A model generated the notes under the pieces. That model worked only from the letters and a program-made list of their open reading frames with translations, searched no databases and was not told where the DNA came from. The translations under genes and the position numbers were made by a program. A stretch of DNA of 61,471 nt, the filler included. It is 8 parts of 8 records of this genome, joined end to end, with 100 filler letters (N's around TTAATTAATTAA, not from the genome) between each part and the next. Parts side by side here need not be neighbours in the genome. Positions count along the whole stretch, not along the records: positions 7,907 to 15,684 come from SRR15195285_820; positions 15,785 to 22,549 come from SRR15195285_823; 6 more parts are not named here. One strand, 5' to 3'. Below are positions 9,312 through 18,700 of the stretch, in pieces. Position 1 is the first letter of the stretch. Each line of letters begins with the position of its first letter.

Positions 9312-11819
9312 ATGGCGGAGGTGGCCGAGGATGCGAAGCGCGTGCTGGAGAACGCGCGGGCGCTGGCGGCGCAGAAAGGCCACGAGGAGCTCGACCCGAT
9401 CCATGTGGCGCATGTGCTCTTCCACGAGGAGGGCAGCGTCGGCCAGGTGTGCCTCTTTTCCGACATGCGTACACCGGAGGAGCCATCTAACTCTGCTCGG
9501 CCGTGCCACCCATCGCTTGGCCGTGCCGCTCATCGCGCCAGCTCAGCTCAGCACACACCATGAACCTGTACCGATCGCGCTGATGCTCGGCTTGTTGGCT
9601 GTGCCTCCTCTCATCAGCGCGCGGTGAACGCCACGGCGGTCGCCGACATCAAGGCGCTGCAGTCGGGCCTGAGCGCGATGCTGGAGACGTGCAAGGGCGG
9701 GAGCGGGGCGGTCAACCCGTCGCCGCGCTATTCGGAGCTGATGGAGCACGCGGAGCGCCACAAGGGCTACTCGAAGGGCAAGCGCCTGGCGGTGGAGCAC
9801 CTGATCTTCGCGCTGCCAGAGAACCCCGACATCCGCAGCGTGTTCAAGCGTAGCGGCCTGACGATCAGCGACCTGCACCGCTTCGTGCCGCGCGTCCTGT
9901 CGGCCCCGTCGCAGCGCGAGAATCCGAGCCGCATGTCCAACCCCGTCGCGGCCAGCACCGAGACGCTCGCCGCCGAGGCCAAAACACTCGGCGAGTACGG
10001 CACGGAGCTGGTGGCGATGGCGGCCGAGGGCCTCATCGACCCAATCGTGGGCCGTGACAAGGAGCTCGAGCGCGTGGTCGAGGTGCTCTCTCGCCGCACC
10101 AAGAACAACCCGTGCTTGATCGGCGAGCCGGGCGTCGGCAAGACCGCCGTCGCAGAGGGGCTGGCACAGGCGATCGCCGACAACAAGATTCCGACCCTGA
10201 ACGGATGCCGCCTGTGGTCGCTCGACATGGGCTCGTTGGTCGCAGGCGCCAAGCTGCGCGGTGAGTTCGAGGAGCGCATGCAGGTAGTGCTCGAGGCCGT
10301 GAAGCAGTCCGATGGCGGGATCGTGCTGTTCATGGACGAAATACACCTGGCCCTCGGTGCAGGCCGTGCCGGCGGCGGGGCGATGGACGCCGCGAACTTG
10401 CTGAAACCGCTGCTTGCTCGGGGCGAGATTCGTGTCATCGGGGCCACCACGATCTCCGAGTTCCGCACGCACGTCGAAAAGGACGCGGCGTTCGAGCGCC
10501 GCTTCCAGACCGTCCTGGTGGACGAGCCGTCGCCAGAAATTTGCATTGAAATGCTGGAGACGCTGTCGGAAAACTACGAGCAGTACCACAACGTCACTAT
10601 CACTCCTGGTGCACGCCACGCGGCAGCACACCTGTCGTCCCGGTACATCACTCAGAGGTTCATGCCTGACAAGGCCATTGATGTGCTCGACGAAGCATGC
10701 GCACGCACGCGTGTGCATCACGGCATTACCGAGGGCGGGGTAATATCTGCCGAACAAGTGATGGAGGTCATCAGTCTTATGAGTGGGATTCCGCTCACGA
10801 AGCTCACCGTCACCGAAGGTGAACGCCTGCTCAACCTTGGCGACAAGCTGCGCGAGCGTGTTGTTGGGCAAGATATGGCTGTCGAAGCAGTGGCACAGGC
10901 TGTGCTGCGCACGCGTGCCGGCCTTGGTCGCCGGTCACAGCCCGTCGGCTCGTTCCTTTTCCTTGGGCCGACTGGTGTGGGTAAGACGGAACTGGGCAAG
11001 GCGCTTGCCGAGGAGCTGTTTGACGACGAAAGTCACATGGTGCGCCTCGACATGAGCGAATACTCCGAGCGCCATTCCATACAGCGGCTCATAGGCTCTC
11101 CGCCTGGATTCGTCGGGCACGATGCGGGCGGGCAGCTGACCGAGGCGGTTCGTACGACTCCCCACACCGTGGTCTTGTTTGACGAAGTCGAAAAGGCGCA
11201 CGTCTCTGTGCTCACCGCTCTGCTCCAGGTGATGGACGACGGGCGCCTGACGGATGGCAAGGGTAGGACGGTAGACTTCTCAAACACTGTAATTATCTTG
11301 ACCTCAAATCTGGGCGCTGCGGCGCTGCTTGAGTCCGCCGAGAAAGACATCGACTTCGGCCCTGGGTCCGCAGAATGGGATAGCGCGTCGGAAAAGGTTA
11401 TGACCGCTGTGAAGAAGAAGTTCCCGCCAGAGCTGATCAACCGTCTTGATGATCTGCTCATCTTTTCCACCATTGGTCGCAGCGACCTCATCAACATCGT
11501 TGATTTGCTGATCAACAATGTGGAAGTTCGACTGAAGGAGGCCCAGGCGACACGCGAGACGCCGTTGGACATCAATATCGTCTTGGACCCGAAGGCCCGC
11601 GACCACGTGGTTGACACTGCATACGAACCAGCCTTCGGTGTCCGACCGCTGCGCCGCTACATCGAAAGAGAGATTGTGACTTCTTTGGCGACAGCAATGG
11701 TCAAGGGCGAGCTCGGTGACGACAACATTGTCAACATCGGAGTGGTAGACGTCGGCACCGAGGATGAGAGGCTTTCGGTGGAAATTGAGACCCACGGGAA
11801 CTTGCGCCCGAAGCTCTAA
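9312..11819 (+). CDS. Hsp100/ClpB(Hsp101)-like AAA+ ATPase lacking the middle coiled-coil domain; 2 exons (9312-9446, 9618-11819)
   Basis: Clp N-domain ([18 protein letters not shown]). NBD1 motifs [38 protein letters not shown]2 motifs [43 protein letters not shown]. The GT-AG intron 9447-9617 joins the exons in frame. Confidence 0.92.
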
Positions 11820-11937
11820 TGGCGTGCAAGGTACCGTATCATTCGCCGGATGGGCGCGTGCTGCGGCAAAAGTGTTGACGTGCTCGTTGAATTGCGTGCA
11901 TGCCATTTATATGAATTACGTGTTTGTTTATCGTGGG

Positions 11938-13326
11938 TCACTGGTCCAACGCGCTGCCAGCAGCACCTGCGACCGCGCCGGCATCACCAGCATCTGCGCT
12001 GGAAGCCAACGTGTGCACCAGCTGGCGCAAAAAGGGAGCCAAAATGGGGTCGTCCAGCACGCTTTCCGAGTCAGACTCTCCCTGCGCTAGAGCTGCGAGA
12101 GTTTGCAGCATTCGTCGATTGGCCATAGAGCTCTGCAATGCACACGCGGATTTCCATCGCAATCAGCTCAGCTGCTGAGTTGTACGTGTCTGCATATCAC
12201 CAGAGAAATGCCTCAGAGAGCCTCGAGCTGACTCACAGAAGGCTGAGAGAGCATCTTGCCCAACTCAAATATGGCGCGATCACTGTCGCTCATCTCGTGT
12301 GGTGTCTCCTAACGCAAGCCCCGGTGGATGCGTTTTAAGCTTGCAGTGGCTGGGCAGCGAAGGGACTGTGTAGCGAGGACAAGTAGGCACGGCGCAGCGG
12401 ATGGTTCACCCACAGTCTCAGCGAACAGCCATACCAACGCCCTGTCTTCTCTGTTGTTGCAAGCCCGAAGTGCCAGAAGCACCTTGCCTGTGCACACGAA
12501 ACGCATGGATGCGCGAGAGAGCCTGTCAACGATCCCAATAGGCTCGGCAAGGATGCGGGCAGGCCGACTGGTTCTGTAAGAATATCCTGCCCACTTGGAA
12601 TTCATGCCAGCTGCGCATTGTGAAGACGCAGCGCTTACCAAGTTCGAAGCCCATTTCCACGAGCTGGTGAACTAGCTGCGGGCTTGGCATGAAGGCTGAT
12701 CGCTGTTTCTCGATAGCAGCGAGCTCTTGGTCGCTAAGTGGCGAGTCTAGGGTCGCATCATCGAAATCCTGCTGGAGTATCCATTCCATCGCTGCGTTCG
12801 TATCGGAGTGGAGCAGCAGTGCTCTCCTGGCTCTATTCTCGGAGAACCCCATCTCTTGCAACTGCTGCAGACTAGCTTCATCAGTGCCATCACCGCCTCC
12901 ACCCGCTGCCCCGCCACCCGCCTCGTCACCGTCCCCATCGCTGGGCCGCACGAAGAAGCTGGAAAGTAACCGCAGCACGTCCTGCACATCCTTGTCTTCT
13001 TTCGCGACACTCTCTTCCGAGGCGGTCGCTGCGCGAATCGCAGCGCGTGAGGGGGCACCAGCGTCAGCAGCTGGAGCAGCGGTGCAGACAGCCTCTCGCC
13101 GGGAAGCCGACGGCAGCAGCACAAGCCACGACCCATCTTCCACATCGTTCTCCGCCATCGTCCCCGCGCGCAGTACGGCACGCCGGTGGACGAGCTTACG
13201 TGCTTGCTCGGCTGGGAGCTGCGCTGCTGCGCAGACCATATCCATTAGCTGCTGGACGTTCGTCGTCCTCTCCACGCCGTCGAGCGTCGCCGGCTCCCCG
13301 CCAGCCACCCGCACGTGCAGCCGCAT
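11938..13326 (-). CDS. UBAC1: UBL-UBA-UBA-STI1 protein, UBAC1/KPC2-like; about 4 exons
   Basis: N-terminal ubiquitin-like domain and APSRAAIRAAT. UBA1 is LQQLQEMGFSENRARRALLLH...AMEWI. UBA2 is LVEMGFEL/GKVLLALRACNNREDRALVWL across intron 12638-12488. The C-terminal STI1-like segment VLDDPILAPFLRQL lies in ORF 11938..12162. Confidence 0.75.
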
Positions 13327-13910
13327 AGGCCCCGGGCCCTCCCTACTGTGTGTGCGTACAGCCCTGCCCCCGGGCACCACACAGGAAACGGCGTTGTGAG
13401 TAGCCCTCAGAGCTACGCCCTGTGCACACACACGCACACGTCGGTCGCGCCGGTCGCTACACACGCACCGTGACGTACAGCACGGCACCCAGCAGCGTTA
13501 GTGCGCTAGTGCGCCAGTAGAGCCAGGTGCGGCTGCGCATGCACGCATGCCAATTTGGCATGCTCACTCGACTCACGATCGACGATGCGAGGAACAGTCG
13601 CGTGCGCACGCACGCGCGGCGACCACGTATAATCATTTACCTATAATCGTATACCGGGCTATATCGATGTTTACACATTCCTATGTTTCGAAATCGAATG
13701 TTCAATTGAACGTGTCGCCGTTCAGCTGTATGTGTAGTTGTGTACACAGCATGCCTCCACAATGCCACTGCGTACAGCAGTACCTGTAGATCTACACCTG
13801 CCTGCGCGCGCGCGCCGGGGGACTGGCGGCGGTCGCGCCGGGTCGCGGTGCGGCTCGACGCAGCGCCTCCGGGCCTCACCCTCAGGTTACAGAAAGACTG
13901 GCCAGACCGG

Positions 13911-15294
13911 ATGTCTGATCTGCGAGCGCTCATCTGGCCGATTTATCTGCCATCACTCATCAACCAGCTCTGTGAGCAGCTCACAGCGACGTCCGTGGCG
14001 CTGTTTGCGCTGCAGATCTCGGGCAGTACGGCACTGGCCGGGGCTGCCGTCGGGGCGACTGGGTTGGGTGTGGTGGTCTCGAATGTCCCGGCAAGCCTGC
14101 TTTACCGGGTGCTTGGTGCACAGCGCACATTGGCGACGGGCCAGGCGATCTCAGGGCTGGCCTCTGTAATCGTGGCGCAGGGCTGTCGAGTGCGGTCGAT
14201 GGCGCTGTTCGTTGCAGGGCTGGCGCTCATCGGCGTTGGCGATGCAACGTTTCTCATCGCGCGCTCCTCGAGAGTTCGAGAGGTGACCACGCCTGCCGTC
14301 CGTGGTAGAGCGACCGCGATGTTCGGAGGCATCGGGCGTGTCGCCCAGGTGTTTGGACCTCCAGCAGGGGGATTTATCGTGGGCCGTGTTGGCGTCGGGA
14401 TGGCGTTCATGCTAAGAGGCGTCGGCCTCTTCGTTGGGGCACTGACCGTAATATTTAGCCGCGGGTTTGTACCAACGTCACAGGCACTGGATGATACAGC
14501 AGGTGGACCAGCTGCTTTCAAACGAGGTGCTGCGCCTGCACCTTACAAGCAGTCGCTGCCGTCTGCAAGGCGTGGTGCCGCGCGACTAGCGCGTAGGCTG
14601 GTGGTTGGATGTCTTCCGATGTTCACATTGAGTGCAATGCGCCAGTCGCGCAGCGCTATAATACCCCTCGTCGGTGCTGGAATTGGTCTTGGACCACAGG
14701 AGCTGGGCGTGCTCGTCGGCCTGGCATCCATGGCAGAAACTGCTCTCTTCATCCCGGCCGGGTTTCTATATGATACAATTGGGAGGAAAGCCACATCAAT
14801 CCCAGGGATGCTGACGATGGCAGCCGGCTTTGCGGTGCTCTCTCGTGCTGGTAGCAAGTCAGCACTGGCAGCAGCCAGTGTGCTGATTGGTGTGGGCAAC
14901 GGCCTGACTTCTGGGCTGGTGCAGCTACTTGCACAAGACCTAGCTCCGCCTCCACCCGACGCCGGTAATTTTCTGAGTGACCTTGTAACTGCTTGGGTAA
15001 TTTTGGAAGAATTCAACCTGGCTCTTGCGCTGTCTTAGGTCTATCTACAGCAATTGGTGGTACCATGATCTAATTCTAGCGAATGTTTTGCTGCATGCAG
15101 CACCCTTTATTGCACTGTGGTCCACACTCTCCTACCTGGGCACTTTGGCAGGACCTCTGGTTGCAGGGTCTGCGGCACAACTCGCAGGCGTCAGTCGTGC
15201 GAGCCAGCTTATTGCAGCTGTTGGCGCAGGAGGAGCAGCGTGGAACTTGTTTCTCGTACCGGAGACGTTGAAGCGGAAGAAGCAGCAAAAGTGA
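13911..15294 (+). CDS. MFS_1 transporter of bacterial-like type; 2 exons (13911-14964, 15101-15294)
   Basis: About 12 hydrophobic segments. Motifs PIYLPSL, RGRATAMFGGIGRVAQVFGP, PAGFLYDTIGRK, GVGNGLTSG. A GTAATT...TGCAG intron links to the ORF 15025..15294 frame, which encodes TM11-12. Confidence 0.85.
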
Positions 15295-15647
15295 GACCTA
15301 TGAAATACTCTCAAATTTACCAGCAGTTCGACCGTGGAACGCAAGCGTATGGAGCCAGTTGTCATGCTGAATGTTCCACAATGCATAATCGTGGAGTCCT
15401 TAGAGACTTGTTCCCATACCTGAGGTGTGCGCTAATTTGCAACGCTGTCGTTGTGCCTGTGCACCAACCGTGCTCCTGCCAATGTCCCACCGCTCTCCAC
15501 CTAGCCCGATGAACTAGGCTTTGATGATTAGGTACTCAAGGTTTCCGCCTAACGAGAAATTGGCGACTGTGAGAACTCACTGAGTGAGTGCTGACACCGC
15601 GCATGAGGCCGGACTACCCTACTCTAGTATGCCCGGGTGCGTGCTAG

Positions 15648-15684
15648 TGACACCGGGCATAAGGGCCCCTTATGCCCGGTGTCA
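15648..15684. repeat. Perfect 18-bp inverted repeat (hairpin/palindrome) at the contig end
   Basis: TGACACCGGGCATAAGGG-C-CCCTTATGCCCGGTGTCA. A degenerate arm copy TGACACCGCGCATGAGG lies at 15592-15608. Confidence 0.9.
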
Positions 15685-15784
15685 NNNNNNNNNNNNNNNN
15701 NNNNNNNNNNNNNNNNNNNNNNNNNNNNTTAATTAATTAANNNNNNNNNNNNNNNNNNNNNNNNNNNNNNNNNNNNNNNNNNNN
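15685..15784. other. Artificial contig spacer
   Basis: N44-TTAATTAATTAA-N44. Confidence 0.98.
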
Positions 15785-15786
15785 CT

Positions 15787-18700
15787 CCGCATAGAAAACA
15801 AGTACAGCAAACTGAGGCGGCACTCGAAGACAACGCAAGGGAGACGATTCGGACTGAGGCTCTCCTAGCTGAGGCTAGCATTGAGCTCCAGCGCAACACT
15901 GCAACGCTGCAGGAGCTAGAGCAGCAGCTCAACGACGTTTCGCGGGATCTCGACTATCTTACCATGCAGGCAGTGGAAGGTCCACAGCCGGCGGGCGGTC
16001 CCGGGCTGCTGATCAAGGAGCTGACCACGCTCGATCCTTCGACTCCAGGGAATGATGAGCGAAGTGCTCAGATAAAATCTTCCCTCCTGGAAACCTTGGG
16101 AGATGAACTGCAGCATATCATTGACTACGTGCGTGAGCGTGCCAAATCATTCAAAAAGGCCGGGCAACCGAAAATGGAGGCTGCGAACAAAGACACAGCT
16201 AGCTGGTTTGAGAGCAAGATTGCAGAGCTGCAGAGCCTTGACTTAGAAATTGAACTGATGAAGCGAAAACAGGGAGCACCGCCGCTGTATCCCCGTGTTT
16301 GCACCGCAGAGGAGCTGGAGTTGACCGTGCGACAGCGAATTGAGCTGCTGCTCGAGAAGCACAATCCACCAAAGCTTCAGCACTTGGATGAGCTGATGGG
16401 CGAATGGGATGGCGAAAGTCAATTGCTGTTCGAAAGGATTGTGGACAAGTACGAGCCTACTACACTTCGTGGCAAACTGCCCAACCTGCGACGCATTGTT
16501 GCAAGGCTAAGGACTGAGTATGAGCAGCTCAAAAACAAGCTGGTGGGCTCTCAACAGGTTGTGACCCACTGCAATGATACATTGGAAGAATTATCAGCAC
16601 ATCGGAAGAGGCTACTGCCGGAGGTGACGCGGCTGAGCCGGGAGCAAGCTGAGCTGGATCGTGAAGTGAAGCTTCGGGAATCAAAGATGATGGAGATAGA
16701 GCAGCAGATGCAGAATCAAAAGAGCAACGGCGACAGCAAGAACGACGAAGCTGGCGAGAATGACGAGGGTGTGGATTCTGGGGTTGTTGGTGTGGCTTGC
16801 ATTCAGATACTCTGGCGAATCTCGGACTACTACGACGACGATGTTTTCACTGACATTATGTTCCACCTCGCGAGTCGAACAGAGCTCCGTGTCCATCACC
16901 TCGACTGCTCACGAATTATGCCTTTCGTCCGGATCATGCGGGTCCTCTCTCCAGATGTGTCAACACCCCCCCAGTATGCCTCAGCCTCTGCTGGTACTGG
17001 TGGCCATGGAACTGACGAGGCACCAGCATCCGAAGCACTCTCAGTGTTCTACGACATCCGAAGGTGGGCGCTAGAACAGATCATCTTCCTGATAGATCAG
17101 TCGAGCCAACGTGATATCATGGAGCGAGAGGATCCTGGACTGGAATTGTTGAGGGCAGCAAGCGATAGTCAACTAGACCACCCTGATCTATGTACGCTGT
17201 CTACAGGCATTCTGACCTTGACAGCATACAAAGAATATGAGACGATGGATGCTATCAGCGCGGCCTCATGTCTGGTGGATCAAAGCGTCAAGAAGCGTAA
17301 TGCTACCGCGCTGCCCTTGATTGACCGTGCTGTAGGAGCAATCCTGCAGTTGCATGTAGGGACACCGATACTTTACATGCATGGCCAGCAGCTCTACTAT
17401 GTTGCAAGCTGCTTGCTGCGTCGTGGCGCTGCTGTCGCACGTACAGCCAGTTCTGGCGATGCTAGTCCGAAGCCAATGCCGAGGCTGGCTGGCTGGGCCC
17501 GATCTCTGCCAATATTTGGGCCTCTCCTCAATGTGACAGTGGTGTGGGTAGTTTGCAGTATCATCTTGGTTTGGTTCATCATACCCATATTCCTTGTATC
17601 GCCAGGCCGCAATCTGAACACCCAGGAAGAGACCCTAATCTGGTCCTATGTGCTGCTCAAGCTCAGTGCTTTCTGCGTCTTCGTGATGTGGGCGTTGAAT
17701 GAGGCTGGATATCGCGAGCTGACAGCCAATGTCGAGTCATCGATCCTTGCACAGACAGCAGTGAAGCGAGGCGACACGGAACGACTGTTGGCCCTCGATA
17801 CCAAAGAGGAGGCACTGCGACAGGAGATTCACGGCAGTGCAGCTGGTATGAATGAGCTCAGCATGGAGGAGAAGGCTCAGCGTCGAAGTCAGCTGCAGCA
17901 AGTCAAAGAGGAACGTGAGGGCCTGGCCCTGCTACCGTCAATCGAAAATCTTCCCCTGCGACAGATGTTCACCATCCAACTTTTGAGGAGCGCTGGCGCA
18001 AGCCAGCGGCAAGAGAAAACGCAACCGAATCTACGCATGTGGAACTGGCACAACATTGTAGTCATGACCGAGCTCGTTTGGGAGCTTGTCCAGCTGCTCG
18101 CATACGTGGTACCCTGGCCGATTCTGCGTGTGTTTCACCTTTGGCTCGGCGGCGATGAGATATTCAAGCTGACATGGTTGATCGCTAGCCTGGGTGGTGT
18201 TGGGGTATGGATGCTGTGCACGGATGCTCTGCTTCTTGCTGGCGGCTTCGTTCTCTCGTCGATTCTTGGTGTCTTCAGCTGGGTTGAGAGAATTCTGCCC
18301 GTCACTTTCAAGACTGCAGCTGAGGTGGATGATGAACAAGTTCACCGGTTGCGCAAGGCGCTCACTGGCTCACCCGAGCCACCTCCGCACGTTGAACGAG
18401 AGCGAATGGTAAAAGTTCAGTGGGCAGAGCTCGAGGCGCCGACCTGGGAAAAAGAGAGCAGCCTGCCGAAGCCACTTAAAGAGTTGCCGGGGAAGAATGG
18501 CGAACCGCCGGCGCCGGTGTCACTTGGCGACGAGCATGCTGGGGGCTGGCCGGAGTTAGAGGTGATCTGGGCCATGACACAGGACAAGCAGCTAAAGGAG
18601 TTTGCTACCAAATATGGCGGAGTGAAGCCTGTGGCAGAGCTCTTCGAAGACGAGCGACCGACCGTGGCAGCTGTGCTGGCCTGGACATGGGTTGACAAGG

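Noticed and set aside
9543-10871. Long antisense ORF (442 aa), and similar ones at 42329..44056, 30983..31921, 53622..54509 and 54428..55468
   Set aside because: They are shadow ORFs opposite well-supported GC-rich genes and have no motifs of their own.
9312-13326. Hsp100 next to UBAC1 as a proteostasis gene cluster
   Set aside because: They are two convergent genes in a compact eukaryotic genome. Adjacency alone is not evidence without conserved synteny.
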